Made by a program: the position numbers and the translations under genes | Shown: piece after piece, positions 49,319 to 61,876 of the stretch | Layout: every line of letters begins with the position of its first letter | How positions within the stretch are numbered: position 1 is the first letter of the stretch | The notes under the pieces: model-generated | Told to the model about the DNA's origin: nothing | The model's input: only the letters and a program-made list of their open reading frames with translations | Databases searched by the model: none | NCBI GenBank assembly: GCA_963823665.1 | Contig: CAWGMQ010000004.1 | Coordinates: 128,001 to 192,000 of the forward strand | Source of the DNA: an uncultured Planctomycetota bacterium | GTDB taxonomy: Bacteria; Planctomycetota; Planctomycetia; Isosphaerales; Isosphaeraceae | Direction: 5' to 3' | DNA length: 64,000 bases

Positions 49319-50266
49319 ATGGATACTGCAAGAATCGTCTACCGAAGAGCCGGCTGGCTGGCACTTCTGGCATTTTTCGCCGCGTGTGGATGCCAGACGG
49401 TAAAGACACCCGAGGAAAAAATCGCGAACAGCAACATTCCGAACGAGTTCAAGAAAGTGTCGATGCCCGACTATGTGGTCGAGCCGCCGGACTTGATCCT
49501 CGTGGAACTGCTGGAAGGCCTTCCGGGCCGGCCGATATCCGGTGAGCGTCTCGTCAGGCCCGACGGCAAGATCTCGCTTGGCTGGTACGGCGATGTTTAC
49601 GTCGCCGGACTTACTGTTCCGGAAGTGAAGGAGAAGATCGTCCTTCACCTCCGCAAGTTCCTCCAGGACGAACAACTGGGCTTGGTCAAGGGGAACGACG
49701 AGACCGGCGAGTGGGACAAGGATCCCAAGACGGGCGAACTCATCCGGATCGAACCGCGGGACTCCGACCGGTTGTTCGTGGACGTAACAGCCTACAACAG
49801 CAAGAACTACTACATCCTGGGCGACGTGGCTGTACCGGGTAAGTTGCCGATTACCGGCAATGAAACGGTACTCGATGCGATCAACTACGCGAACGGGCTG
49901 ATGCCGACCGCCGCCCCACAGAACATCCGGCTCGTCCGCCCGGCTCCTCCAGGTGCCTGTTGCGAGCAGATTCTGCCGGTCAACCTGGCCGCCATCACAA
50001 GCGGGGGCGACCCCACCACGAATTACCAGCTCATGCCGGGTGATCGAATCGTCGTCTATCGCGACCCGATCGTGAGACTCACGGTGTTCATTGACCGTCT
50101 GGCCGCTCCGTTCCAGACCGTCATCGGGTCGATGTTGCAGACAGCCTTCACGATCCGAGCCGTCAAGTTTGCCACACTGCCCGCGACGGCAGGTGCCGCC
50201 GGGGCCGCAGGCACAACCGCTCGTGCGCCGATCACCAACTTGCCCCTCGAGCCTGGGGCCAGGTGA
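49319..50266 (+). CDS. Polysaccharide biosynthesis/export (Wza-like, SLBB) lipoprotein
   Basis: Lipobox ACGC; YVVEPPDLI, VRPDGKISLG, GNETVLDAI, NYQLMPGDRIVV. Confidence 0.88.
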   Translation: MDTARIVYRRAGWLALLAFFAACGCQTVKTPEEKIANSNIPNEFKKVSMPDYVVEPPDLILVELLEGLPGRPISGERLVRPDGKISLGWYGDVYVAGLTVPEVKEKIVLHLRKFLQDEQLGLVKGNDETGEWDKDPKTGELIRIEPRDSDRLFVDVTAYNSKNYYILGDVAVPGKLPITGNETVLDAINYANGLMPTAAPQNIRLVRPAPPGACCEQILPVNLAAITSGGDPTTNYQLMPGDRIVVYRDPIVRLTVFIDRLAAPFQTVIGSMLQTAFTIRAVKFATLPATAGAAGAAGTTARAPITNLPLEPGAR

Positions 50267-50476
50267 TTCAACTGGGTTGATCGTTTCGGCAACACACGAG
50301 ACGCTGGTGTGAACACAAGCAGAAAAGTCTGGTACGGCCGGCTCTTCGCGAAGCGATCGCGAGAGACCGGCCGCACCGCGCTTTGCCCTCCGAACGACAC
50401 CGTCGCTCGGAACCGTGGTGGACGGAATTCCCGATTTATGGTTACTTTCGTGCACCGTACTCGAAAGGAAGGACAT

Positions 50477-51226
50477 TTGGCGACGACCGTAGCTCCGCCT
50501 CAAGAACTGGCCAGCGCTCAATCCGGCCGGCGAGCGGCCCGGTTCAAACTCTGGAAGCTGGCGGCGACGGTCGTCTTGCTCGGCGGTGTGACCGTTTCGT
50601 GGGTGCTCCGCCGCCCGTTGTTCGAAGGAAACCTTGGGGTCGTCGACGATGGGGTCGTCATTCGCTCGGCACAGCCCACGACGCAACTGGCCGATTGGGC
50701 ACGCCAGTTTCGGCTCATGTCGGTGTTGAACCTGCGAGGGGGCGGAACTGGCGACTGGTGGTACGGCAACGAGATTCGCCGTGCGAACGAAAGCGGACTC
50801 ACGTACTACGATCTTCCCTTGAGCGCGACGCGCCGGCCGACGCGCCGCGAGCTCTTGCAGTTGATTGACCTGCTCGACCACTGTAGTTATCCCTTGCTGA
50901 TTCACTGCAAGTCGGGTGCTGACCGCACCGGACTGGCCTCAGCAGTCTACCGGATGGTGCGGCGGGACGAGGCTCCCGAAATCGCGCTCAGCTCGTTCTC
51001 GATCGAATTCGGCCACATCCCGCTGTTCGGCACCGAACATCTCCACGAACCCCTGCAGGAGTATGCCGCGTGGCTCGAGGGGGCCGGGCTGGCCCATTCT
51101 CCTGATCGGTTTCGTGCCTGGGTCAAAAACGAATACGTTGCCAGCGATCCGCCGGCCGATCCACCTCTGATTATGCCGGGTCCAAGAGCGCGGCACTCCG
51201 GAGGCGGCGACGCAACGTCGCTCTAG
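50477..51226 (+). CDS. Membrane-anchored dual-specificity/tyrosine phosphatase
   Basis: RSAQP, VLNLRG, HCKSGADRTG (CX5R); TTG start after AAGGAAGG (alternative ATG 50438). Confidence 0.85.
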   Translation: MATTVAPPQELASAQSGRRAARFKLWKLAATVVLLGGVTVSWVLRRPLFEGNLGVVDDGVVIRSAQPTTQLADWARQFRLMSVLNLRGGGTGDWWYGNEIRRANESGLTYYDLPLSATRRPTRRELLQLIDLLDHCSYPLLIHCKSGADRTGLASAVYRMVRRDEAPEIALSSFSIEFGHIPLFGTEHLHEPLQEYAAWLEGAGLAHSPDRFRAWVKNEYVASDPPADPPLIMPGPRARHSGGGDATSL

Positions 51227-52416
51227 TAGAGCAAGTATCGTGACCGCACCTTATGAAAATCCGCAATTTCGCCGTCCCAGCGCGACATGATCTCCCCGAG
51301 CGGCCGGCCCGCGAGAATTGCCTCGTAAGTCGCCCGGTCGGCGAGCAGGCGCTTGAGCCCCTCGGGCTTCCACTTCTCGGGGTACAGCCGGCGCAGCTCC
51401 AGGGCCAGAAGCGTTCCCACCTTGAGCGGGTCGAACGCATCCCAGCTCGTCACCAGGATCTGCACTCCTCCACAGCGTTCGCCGGCATACTGACGCTCGC
51501 GCGGGGTGAAGTAAATCGGAACGAACCGCACCCCGGGAACGGCCGCACTGGAGAGTGCCGCCGCAAATGCTTGCGGGTCAATCCAGGGCGCTCCGACGCG
51601 CTCGAAGGGCGCATCCGTGCCGCGGCCGGTGGCGAGATTCGTCGCCTCGAGCAGCCCAACGCCCGGATAAAGCAGCGCCTCGGTCAGGCTGCGCATGTTG
51701 GGCGAGGGATTGATCCAGACTAGGCCCGTACGATCGTACAGTTGGTCGCGATTCCAGCCGCGGCAGCGAATCACCTCGAGCGATGCACCGAGCTTGCGCT
51801 CGGCGTTATAGAGCAGCGCCAGCTCGCCGACGGTCATCCCATGCCGCACCGGAAGGGCGTGGTACGCGATGAACGATGCAAATTCCGCGTCGCGCACCGG
51901 CCCGGAGGAGATCCGGCCGCCGATCGGGTTCGGACGGTCGAGCACCAAGAGCTGCTTCTTCGATTCGGCGGCCGCCTCGAGTACGAGGCCAAGCGTCGAA
52001 ATATATGTATAAAAACGCGTGCCGACATCCTGGATGTCGTAGACGAGCGCATCCAGGTCCACGAGGTCTTCTTTCCGCGGCTTCCGCTCCTTGCCGTAGA
52101 GACTCACGATCGGCAGGCCGGTCGCGCGATCTTGTCCGTCGGGCACCTCCTTATCAAGCTCGCCGCGAATCCCGTGCTCGGGACTGAAAAGCTTGACCAA
52201 TTTCACATCTGGTGCATGAAAGAGAACGTCGATGGACGACTTGCCGTCTCGTGTCACACCGGTGTGATTGGTGACGAGCCCGATTCTCTTCCCGCGCAAC
52301 GGGCGAAATCCGTCGACGACCAGAACGTCGATCCCGCATTGCACGGGTTCGACGCCAGGGAGACTGGTTTCGTGGGCAGCCGCCGATCCCGCGAGCACCG
52401 CAAGCCAGAGAATCAT
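51223..52416 (-). CDS. namZ: Exo-beta-N-acetylmuramidase NamZ (DUF1343)
   Basis: GLVTNHTG, LFSPEHG, YDIQDVGTRFYTY, LDRPNP, RHGMTVGE, PSPNM; in frame with the upstream ORF in this assembly. Confidence 0.88.
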   Translation of the reverse strand: MILWLAVLAGSAAAHETSLPGVEPVQCGIDVLVVDGFRPLRGKRIGLVTNHTGVTRDGKSSIDVLFHAPDVKLVKLFSPEHGIRGELDKEVPDGQDRATGLPIVSLYGKERKPRKEDLVDLDALVYDIQDVGTRFYTYISTLGLVLEAAAESKKQLLVLDRPNPIGGRISSGPVRDAEFASFIAYHALPVRHGMTVGELALLYNAERKLGASLEVIRCRGWNRDQLYDRTGLVWINPSPNMRSLTEALLYPGVGLLEATNLATGRGTDAPFERVGAPWIDPQAFAAALSSAAVPGVRFVPIYFTPRERQYAGERCGGVQILVTSWDAFDPLKVGTLLALELRRLYPEKWKPEGLKRLLADRATYEAILAGRPLGEIMSRWDGEIADFHKVRSRYLLY

Positions 52417-53592
52417 ATTCGTGATCACTTTCTGCAATTTGGCCCAGCGCAGGGTGATTTCCATCGCGAGCTGGGCTGCCCGATTCAGCGTCTCGGGCGG
52501 CACCGCCGCGCCGGGCTCATCGCCTAGGTCCGAGCCGATCAACGCGATCGGCTCATCAACCCTCGTCTTATCGAACGGCCAGAGAGAATAAAGCGATGCC
52601 CCTTCATCGCGATGGGGGAGCCAGAGGCTGTTTGCAGCGTTTTTGGCCAGATCGCCACCAGAACCACGAAGTGCAGCGATCCGGAGGACGGACTCGGAAC
52701 CGTGAGTTGTCCCTTCCGCGCCCGGAGCAAACAAAAGCAACAGAATCGAAGGTTTCCTGGGCCACTCCGATTCGATCATGCGAACGACTTCACGGGATCC
52801 GGCGTAATCGAGTCGCTGGCCTCCGGCGACGATGAAGGTTGGCGCGATCTCCGCCGAGCGATGGCGCGGCCAGCTCCGCGCGAGCTCCAGCAAGAGCGCC
52901 GTGCTCAGACGATCTGTTCGCAGCACGCCATCAGCCGGCCGGGAATGACGAAACTCCCAGGAAAGAACGCAGATAATCATGACCCAGGCGAATGCGATGC
53001 TCAGCCAGGTTGCGACGATCGTTACCGGTAATAGCCTTGGATCGCCCCACATTCCCAAAAAGGTGAGGAGTGATGAAGTCCAAAAACAAAGGTGGAGAAT
53101 GCCCAAGATAAAGTATCGGCGTATGCGGAACAATCCAAGAAATCCCGTATCAATTCTGCCGAGCACCGTCTGGAAGACAACCCGTACCGGAGGCAACGAA
53201 TCGCCCCCAACTGAGGCGATGACGACGGGTGCCTTCTCCAAGGGGCGCATCCAACGCCCCGGCCGGATCCAATTGAAGGCCAGCGCGTCCACCCACTTCA
53301 CGCCAACGAAAAACGTCGTCAGTAACGCCAATATCTGCATGATGGGGTTTCGCCCGAGGATGACGCAGAATCCAATCGTGATCAAAGCCCCATATCCAAT
53401 CCACATGATCCACGGGCCCACAAGCTGCGGGAACCGCGAGCCTTCCACCTCGCGCCGTGCGACGTTCCAACCCATCCGCTCAAATTCGCCCGCGACGAAG
53501 TCAGCGATGCGCCATTCACCCTCAGGCCCCGCGAACGCGGGATCATCCAGTTTCTCGAAAGTCGCACTCGCCCGGGCGGCGTCGAACTTCAT
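52417..53592 (-). CDS. Membrane protein with degenerate M28-peptidase-like scaffold, in frame with namZ
   Basis: FAGPEGEWRIADFVAGEF N-terminus, 4 TMs, LLLELARSW, metal ligands not evident. Confidence 0.55.
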
Positions 53593-53839
53593 CGGCTTTG
53601 CGTTCTCTGATGTGTGTTCCGCAAGACTCCCGCACGCCGCCCTTGATCATACATCCTGGACCCGTCGAACTCATCACGACGAACCCTCGCGACAGCGGCC
53701 CTGTCTGAATCTTGCAGTCCTTGACGCTCTTCAAATCGAAGGGGTATCGTAAGCTGCCGGGGCCGCAGTATGCTTAAGTTCAGGCACGATTTGCGTCTGT
53801 AATGATTTCCTCTAACACGACGGACTGACTGAATTCCTC

Positions 53840-55605
53840 ATGCTACTCAAACGAACTCATTCTTGCGGTGACTTGACGACCGAGCACGTCGGGCAACATG
53901 TCGTGCTCAACGGCTGGGTTGATGCCTGGCGCGACTTCGGCGGCTTGCTCTTCATCGACCTTCGCGACCGCTATGGCATCACTCAGGTCGTCTTCGAGCC
54001 CGACGCCGGGGCCAAGTTGCAGGCACTCGCCAGGGAGCTGCGGAACGAGTATGTCGTCGGCATCTCTGGGTTGGTAGCCCCGCGGATGCGCGGCAAGGAA
54101 AACCCCAGGCTCAAGACCGGCGGGATCGAAGTCCGCGCCCGCGACCTGGTCATCTACAACGCAACGCCGACTCCGCCGTTCGAGATGCACGGTCCCGAGC
54201 CCAACGAAGAGCTGCGGCTGACCTATCGCTACCTCGACCTGCGACGGCCGGCGATGCAGGAGATCTTCATTCTCCGCCACCGGTTGACGCAGCTCATGAG
54301 GCGCACGATGTCGGACATGGGTTTCCTCGAGGTGGAAACGCCGATTCTCGGCCGCAGCACGCCCGAGGGCGCGCGTGACTTCCTGGTCGCCAGCCGGATC
54401 CATTCCGGCCGTTTCTACGCCTTGCCCCAGTCGCCCCAGCTCTACAAGCAGCTCTTGATGGTCTCGGGGTTCGACCGTTATTTCCAGATCGCGCGTTGCT
54501 TCCGAGACGAAGACCTTCGCGCCAACCGGCAACCCGAATTCACCCAGCTCGACGTCGAAATGTCGTTTGTCGACGACCACGACGTGACCACGACGATGGA
54601 AACTCTGGTCGCGGCGATGGCCCGGGAATTCACCGGAGAGGAGCTCAAGCTCCCGCTGCCCCGGCTTGACTATCACGACGCCGTCGAACGCTTCGGCAAC
54701 GATCGCCCCGACCTGCGATTCGGTATGGAGCTCAAAGACGTCGCCGACATCGCCGCCAAGACCGAGTTCAAGGTCTTCCAGCAGGCCCAGGAGGCCGGCA
54801 ACCGCATCCGCGGAATCTGCGTGCCCGGCGGAGGCGGGCGCTACAGCCGTAAGGATCTGGACGGCCTCGCCGAATCCATTGCCGGTATCGGGGCGAAGGG
54901 CCTGGTCTGGCTCAAGGTCGAGGCCGAAACCCTGGCCGGCCCGACCGCCAAGTTCTTCCCGCGCAGAAGCGCAGCATGAGCTCCGCGAGCGGTTCCAGGC
55001 CGCCGCCGGCGACCTCATCCTGATCGTTGCCGATACCCAGGCGGTCACCGGGCTGGCACTTTCCAGCCTGCGCAGCCGCCTGGCGGCTGAGCTCAAGCTG
55101 TACGACCCCAAGATCGTTCCATTACTGCTGGGTCGTGCGTTTTCCGCTCTTCGCCTGGGACGCCGAAGAGAAGCGCTACGTCGCCGAGCACCACCCGTTC
55201 ACGATGCCGCTGTTTGAAGACCTGCATCTGCTTGACTCCGACCCGGCCTCGATCCGCGCCCAGGCGTACGACCTGGTGGTCAATGGCGAGGAATGCGGCG
55301 GCGGCACGATCCGCTGTCACGACCACCTGATTCAGTCGAAGATCTTCGCTCTGCTCGGTCTTTCGCCCGAAGAGGCACAAGAGAAGTTCGGCTTCCTCCT
55401 GAGCGCCCTCCGCAACGGCGCACCGCCGCATGGCGGCATCGCGCTCGGCGTCGACCGCCTGGTGATGCTCTACTCCGGGCTGACCAACATCCGCGACTGC
55501 ATCGCGTTCCCCAAGACGGCCAAGGGAACCGACCTGATGACAGGAGCCCCCGGCCTGGTCGACCCGCGGCAGCTCAAGGAGCTGCACATCAAGTCGGTCG
55601 AGTAG
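53840..55605 (+). CDS. aspS: Aspartate--tRNA ligase (frameshifts near 54960 and 55112)
   Basis: [63 protein letters not shown]. Confidence 0.95.
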
Positions 55606-55636
55606 CCCATCGGCTGTGTTTGAAAGGACCGAAGAC

Positions 55637-56821
55637 TTGAGCGATCGATCATTCATCGTGGCCGGAGTTCCGCACGCCCTTGGGCGCCATGAACGGCGCC
55701 TTGGCGAGCATGCCGGCCCCCGAGTTAGGCGCTGCCAGCATCAGGGCCCTCCTGGAACGCTCCGGGGTAAACGGGAAGTCGGTCAACGAAGTCATCATGG
55801 GCAATGTGATTGCGGCTGGGTTGGGACAGAATCCCGCCCGCCAGGCGGCAATCTTCGCCGGTCTGCCGGACTCCGTCGGCGGCGCTCACCGTCAACAAGG
55901 TGTGCGGCTCGGGCCTGAAAGCCGTCATGCTTGCCGACCAGGCAATTCGCGCCGGCGACGCGACGCTGATTGTTGCCGGCGGCATGGAGAACATGACCCG
56001 CGCGCCCTATCTGCTCACGAAAGCCCGCGAGGGCTATCGGCTCGGTCACGGTGAGCTTCTCGACTCCATGATCGTCGATGGCCTCTGGGACGTTTACGGC
56101 CGCAAGCACATGGGAAGCTGCGGCGAGATCTGCGCCGAGACATATCACTTCAGCCGGAACGAGCAAGACGATTTCGCCGTGCGAAGCCACACCCGTGCCC
56201 GGCAGGCGATCGCCGCCGGCGCGTTCGACACGGAAATCGTGCCCATCGACGTCGCGTCCAGAGGGAAGACGACTCGCGTGTCGGCGGACGAAGGCCCGGC
56301 GAAATTCGACGAGGCGAAGCTGCGATCGCTCGCGCCAGCGTTCAGTCCTCACGGATCGATCACCGCCGGAAATGCTTCCAGCATCAGCGACGGTGCAGCC
56401 GCACTCCTGATCGCATCCCCCGAGCACTGCCGCGCCGCGAGTCTCAAACCGCTTGCCGTCATCAAGGGTGCGGCGACTTGGAGCCAGCAACCGGAGTGGT
56501 TCACGACGGCTCCCGTCGCCGCCATCCGTCTGCTACTCGAGAAGCTCAAATGGACGATCGAGCACGTTGACCTTTTTGAGATCAATGAGGCATTCGCCGT
56601 CGTGACCATGGTCGCGGAACGTGAGCTCGGCATCCCGGCCGCGAAGCTGAACATTCACGGCGGCGCAGTCGCGCTCGGACATCCGATCGGTTGCAGCGGC
56701 GCCCGGATCCTCGTCACCCTGCTGAACGCCCTCAATCGCACTGGCGGACAGCCGCGGCATCGCCAGTCTCTGCATCGGCGGCGGCGAGGCCATCGCACTT
56801 GCCGTCGAGACACTCGATTGA
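55637..56821 (+). CDS. Acetyl-CoA C-acetyltransferase (thiolase), several frameshifts
   Basis: [41 protein letters not shown]. Confidence 0.9.
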
Positions 56822-57366
56822 TCGCAACCGTCCCGTTGTCTCGTCGTCCAGATCCACGACCTCTCTCCCCACCTTCGCGAAAAGCCCAGCAAGCCGCCTT
56901 CTGATCAACGACAAAAATCAGAGGCAATCAAAAAACAATGGACGCTTTTGACCAAAACGACGCTCACTAAGCTGAGAGGACCTATTGCATCAACAAAGAC
57001 ATCCAAGCATTTGTGGCCAGGCGAGAATGGATGGAAAAATCAGTATCACTGACCAGGTAGTCGACCCTTGCAATCGAGTGAGTTGCCCGTAGAATGATTC
57101 GGCCGCGAAAGCGGCGAGCACGTCAGACTCAACCGAACTCTCGGTGTACACGACATTTGAGGCTTGGGCAAAAGGTGAAATCTGGTCTCGTACCCCGTTC
57201 GGGGCGTGCCTCGTCGGCTTGCTAGACGAATGCATCGTTGCATGAGACCAATCAGAAGTACGGCCGACTTGCAATCGGGTGCGGCGATCCAACGGCCGGC
57301 GACGTCCGGGCGTTGATCGGTCTCCGCGGGTGCAACGGACGGTTCTCCAGAGGAGGCACATCGTTC

Positions 57367-57663
57367 ATGGCGGACAAGTCTGCGGAGTCTCCAGTTCGGA
57401 TCGTCGGGAGTCGCGAGTTGCACCAGAATCTGCCCGATATTCTGAGAGAGCTCGAGAATAACACCGTTCGGTATGTGTTGACCGTGCATGGCCGGCCTCG
57501 CGCGGTCTTGATCGGTGCAGAGCCGTACCTGAGCATGATCAACAACGGTCGCCAGGCAAGCGAAGCGGTCGTTAGCCTCCAGCTCACAGCTCTTCTGGGT
57601 GGCAACCTCGACGCAATCATGCTCGACGATCTCGAAAAGGCTTTCGAGAAACGGTCGGATTGA
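57367..57663 (+). CDS. Phd/YefM-family antitoxin-like protein (no adjacent toxin)
   Basis: IVGSRELHQNLPDILREL...YVLTVHGRPRAVLI; GGAGG RBS. Confidence 0.7.
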   Translation: MADKSAESPVRIVGSRELHQNLPDILRELENNTVRYVLTVHGRPRAVLIGAEPYLSMINNGRQASEAVVSLQLTALLGGNLDAIMLDDLEKAFEKRSD

Positions 57664-57724
57664 CGACCGAGCACGACCAGTACGGCTCCGGCACGACGGC
57701 GCCCGATCGAGCTCATCGATCGCC

Positions 57725-58453
57725 TCACCCAACGTTGTCCCAGGGTTCTCCTGGCGGCTTGCTGCTCTCCGGAGGCTCTCCGTTCTTTCGCGCGCCACGC
57801 ACGGATGAACTCGACGACGGCTGGCATCACCGAGATCACGATGATGGCGAGGATCACGTACTTGAACTGCTTCTGCACAATTGGCAGTCCCCCGAACCAC
57901 CACCCTGCCAGCAGAAAACCCAGGATCCAGACAGCCCCTCCCGCGATGTTGTATGCGGCAAATCGCCGGTAGCTCATCTTGCCGATGCCCGCGACGAACG
58001 GCGCGAACGTTCGAACGATGGGCACGAACCGCGCCAGCACGATCGTGACACCCCCGTATCTCTCATAGAAGTTCTGCGCATGCACGAGGTGCTTCTTGTT
58101 CAAAAGCCATGACTTCTCGCGCGAAAACACCTTCGGACCGATAAAGTACCCGATTGAATAGTTGACGGCGTCGCCAAGCACCGCCGCCACCACCAGAAGC
58201 ACAGCCAGTGGCCCGATCTTGAGCGGCGATTCAGGGTGGGCCGCGACCGCGCCCACCGCGAATAAGAGCGAATCACCCGGCAAGATCGGCGTCACCACCA
58301 AGCCCTGTCTCGGCGAAGATGATCGCGAACAAGATCACGTAAAGCCACGACCCGAAGTTGATCCGCATACTGGTTGATCGTCTCCGGGCTCAAGTTCATC
58401 ACCGCCCAGAACGCAGTGACGCACCACTCGTAAATCTGCCAGAACAAACTCAT
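57725..58453 (-). CDS. dedA: DedA family membrane protein (frameshifts; ends approximate)
   Basis: VVTPILPGDSLLF, GDAVNY, ARFVPIVRTFAPFVAG. Confidence 0.85.
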
Positions 58454-58564
58454 GCTTACTCCGATGAATTGGCTGTCGTAACGTGAGTGCCCAGAGAACC
58501 ACTTTCCATCCGCCCGCGATGAGCGACGGCAATATCAGGCGCTTCGCGTTCCCTCGCACGCGAC

Positions 58565-59000
58565 CTAACGGTCACCCGCCGCCTCGTCACGGGTCCGAAC
58601 GGGCAGGCGCACGTTCCGGATGCCGGCTTCGTCACAGGCGGAAAGCACGTCGGCCAGATCCTGGTACGCGAGCGACGCGTCGCCCCGGATCACAACACCC
58701 TGGTTAGCATAATGCTTCCTGGCTTCGCGAAGCCTCACAACCAACTGATCGAGGTCGTAACGTCGATTGATCGATCGATACGGAACCTCGAGTCGAAATT
58801 ACCAGGATCAAGTCGTCAGGTGCTGCCGACGCCGGCTGTGCCTCGGCCACTTCCGGAACGCTCACCAGGAACTCGCTCTCGTCCCAATCGTAAAGCCTGG
58901 TCGCCGCCATGAAAAACACCAGCAGGCAGAGAATGACATCCACCATCGGTGTCATGTTGATCAAGGGCGCCTCGTCGACCTGAATGCGGCTCGCGAGCAT
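58565..59000 (-). CDS. exbD: ExbD/TolR biopolymer transport protein (frameshift near 58760)
   Basis: INMTPMVDVILCLLVFFM; second frame gives VVIRGDASLAYQDLADVL...*. Confidence 0.85.
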
Positions 59001-59083
59001 CGGACAAATCCTCGATTATCGGCTCACGATCGTCGGGAATGAACGCGACCTGAAGAACCCGCAAACGCTAGTAGCGAGTCGCC

Positions 59084-60000
59084 CTAAATGACGCGCGACT
59101 CGTGACGATGACTCTCGCCCGCAACCGGCGGCACATGCCGCCGATCGCCCCCGATCATCCGTTGCGATTCGCTCGAGACCAGCTCGATCACCTGCCGCGT
59201 CCGATCATCTAGCTCTCGGATGAGCACATCGACTCGATTCAAGAAGAAATAATAGAATGTGACCGCGACAATCGCGATCCCAAGACCAAACGCTGTCGCC
59301 ACGAGCGCCAGGCTGATTCCGCGTGCGAGCATCTCCCCCCGTGCAGGTCCAATCCGGCCCCCCAGTGCGTCGAATGACTGAATGATGCCGAACACCGTTC
59401 CCTAGCAAACCCAGAAGAGGCCCCAGCGTCGCCACCGCGCTCAGGATCCGTCAGATTGCGCTTGAGCTCGACCACCTCGCCAGCCGCGTCATGGCTGACC
59501 ATCTGCCGGATCGCCGCGCCCGACTGTCCCCAGGCTCCCACCACCATCGCAAACACTCGCGCCGCCGGGCTGTCGTGTGCCCGGCAAAGCTCGAGCGCTC
59601 GCTCGCGATCCAGCTTGCCGGTGGATAGTCGCTCGAGAAATCGATCGGCAAACTCGCGCGGGACGACACGATCGCGTCGCAGCGCAAGCCATCGCTCGAG
59701 CACATAACCGACCGTCACCACCGAGCAGATCGCCAGCGGCCAGAGTATCGGATTCGCGTTCACGACCGCTCGTAGAATGCTCGATCGATCAACCGCCGCC
59801 TTCGTCGCCCCTTGCACCGCCGGTTCAGCCTGCGTTCCGGCCGAAGTTGACTCCTCGCCGTCAACCGTCGCGGCACTCTTGCGATCGTCACTCTTTCCAG
59901 CCGCGGGCTGAGCGCTCGCAGCTCCACTGCCCATCAACAGAATCCCCGCGATCAACAAGCCGCACATCACGCGGGCACCATGATCAATCAGATCGGCCAT
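59084..60000 (-). CDS. exbB: MotA/TolQ/ExbB proton channel protein (frameshifts near 59400-59455)
   Basis: LWPLAICSVV, GPLLGLLG, GISLALVATAFGL. Confidence 0.85.
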
Positions 60001-60131
60001 TGTCCGAAATCCTCCGGGGCTGACAACGGGCGCATCTTATCCCACCGACCCTTTTTTGCCCAGCAGCGATTTCTGAACCAATCGCGCGGTCGCACCGAGT
60101 GATATCGGCGAATTCATTGTGGCGACGTGCC

Positions 60132-61136
60132 TTAGACACTCTTGGCGTCGATCCACGGCATCAGGCTGCGCAGCCGCTTGCCGACCTGCTCGACGGGATG
60201 CTCGTGGTCCATCCGCCGAAGTGCGTTGAACACCGGGCGGTTCGCACGGTTCTCGAGGATCCACTCCCGCGCAAACTGGCCGGATCGGATTTCGCCCAGG
60301 ATCTTCTTCATCTCGGCCCGCGTCTGCTCGTTGACAATCCGCGGCCCGCGAGTGTAATCGCCGAACTCGGCAGTGTTCGAGATGCTGTATCGCATGTAGT
60401 TGAGCCCTCCCTGGTACATCAAGTCCACAATCAACTTCAGCTCGTGCAGGCATTCAAAATAGGCACTCTCAGGTTGATAGCCGGCCTCGGTCAGTGTTTC
60501 GAATGCCATCTTCACGAGCGCACTCACGCCGCCGCAAAGCACCACCTGTTCCCCGAACAGGTCGGTCTCGGTCTCCTCGGCGAACGTCGTCTGCAACACG
60601 CCCGCCCGTGTGCCGCCGATCCCCTTGGCATACGCCAGCGCCAGCGCCTTGCCCGTCGGCGTGCACGATTCGGTCGTCGCGATCAGGCAGGGCACTCCTC
60701 CTCCTTTGACGAACTCGCTGCGAACCAGGTGCCCCGGTCCCTTCGGCGCAACCAGCGCGCAGTCCACCCCCTCCGGCGGCACCACCTGCCCGAAATGGAT
60801 GTTGAACCCGTGCGAGCAAAGCAACACATCCCCGGCGCGCAGATGCGGCTTGATCTCACGAGTGTAAATATCTCCCTGCACCTCGTCCGGCAACAGGATA
60901 TTGACGAGCTTGCCCGCCTCGGCCGCCTCGCCCGCGGATACCGGCTTGAAACCATCACGCACCGCGAGGTCGTAATTCGCCGATCCCGCGCGCTGGCCCA
61001 CAACCACCTCACAGCCCGAATCACGCAGGTTCTGCGCCTGGGCATGCCCCTGACTGCCATAACCGATAATCGCGATCGTCTTTCCCTTCAGAAGCGAGAG
61101 CTCCGCGTCCTGATCGTAGTACATCTTCGCAGCCAT
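60132..61136 (-). CDS. ilvC: Ketol-acid reductoisomerase
   Basis: [40 protein letters not shown]. Confidence 0.97.
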   Translation of the reverse strand: MAAKMYYDQDAELSLLKGKTIAIIGYGSQGHAQAQNLRDSGCEVVVGQRAGSANYDLAVRDGFKPVSAGEAAEAGKLVNILLPDEVQGDIYTREIKPHLRAGDVLLCSHGFNIHFGQVVPPEGVDCALVAPKGPGHLVRSEFVKGGGVPCLIATTESCTPTGKALALAYAKGIGGTRAGVLQTTFAEETETDLFGEQVVLCGGVSALVKMAFETLTEAGYQPESAYFECLHELKLIVDLMYQGGLNYMRYSISNTAEFGDYTRGPRIVNEQTRAEMKKILGEIRSGQFAREWILENRANRPVFNALRRMDHEHPVEQVGKRLRSLMPWIDAKSV

Positions 61137-61201
61137 CGATGATCTCTCTCTTTCTCGAAAACCCGTCAGGCTCGAAGCCTGACCTGATTCAAAATTGCCG
61201 C

Positions 61202-61876
61202 CTAAAGCTCGGAATGACCTTGAACGGTCGGCAGCTCCGCGGTTTCGGCCGAGCCCGGCGTCTCCGCGATTGTTTCACCCTCGAGTGGCACGTCACCCCG
61301 CACGAGCGCAATCCGCCCGGTGCGCGCCAGCTCCTGAATTCCGTAATGACGAGCATGCTCGATGAACGCCTCGATCTTCTTCTCCTGTCCGGAAATCTCG
61401 ATCATCAACTGATCGGGGCTGACGTCCAGAATCCGGCCCCGGAAGATCTGCACGAGCGCCGTGATCTCCGGCCGAAGCGCAGGCGGCGCCTTGATCTTGA
61501 TCAGCATCAGATCCCGCTCGACGTAATCCTCTCGCGAGATGTCGTGCACCTTCACGACCGTCACGATCTTCTCGAGCTGCTTGCGCACTTGCTCGAGATG
61601 CCGGTCGTCTCCCATCACCACGACCGTGATCCGCGAAAGGTGCGGGTTCTCCGTTTCACCCACCGCGAGGCTCTCGATATTGAACCCGCGCGACGCAAAC
61701 ATCCCCGAAACATGCGCAAGCACACCCGGTTGATTCTGCACCAGCGCCGAAAGCAAATGACGCCGCCGCCCCGAATCAGGTTTTTCTCCCGCCGGCGTCC
61801 CCTGCGGATTCGATCCCATACCAGGCGCAGTCGCCATCGGCTTCACCGTTATAGAGTTGCCCGTCTCAGTTGCCAC
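61202..61876 (-). CDS. ilvN: Acetolactate synthase small regulatory subunit (start 61876 or 61837)
   Basis: ACT domain [29 protein letters not shown]. Confidence 0.93.
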   Translation of the reverse strand: MATETGNSITVKPMATAPGMGSNPQGTPAGEKPDSGRRRHLLSALVQNQPGVLAHVSGMFASRGFNIESLAVGETENPHLSRITVVVMGDDRHLEQVRKQLEKIVTVVKVHDISREDYVERDLMLIKIKAPPALRPEITALVQIFRGRILDVSPDQLMIEISGQEKKIEAFIEHARHYGIQELARTGRIALVRGDVPLEGETIAETPGSAETAELPTVQGHSEL

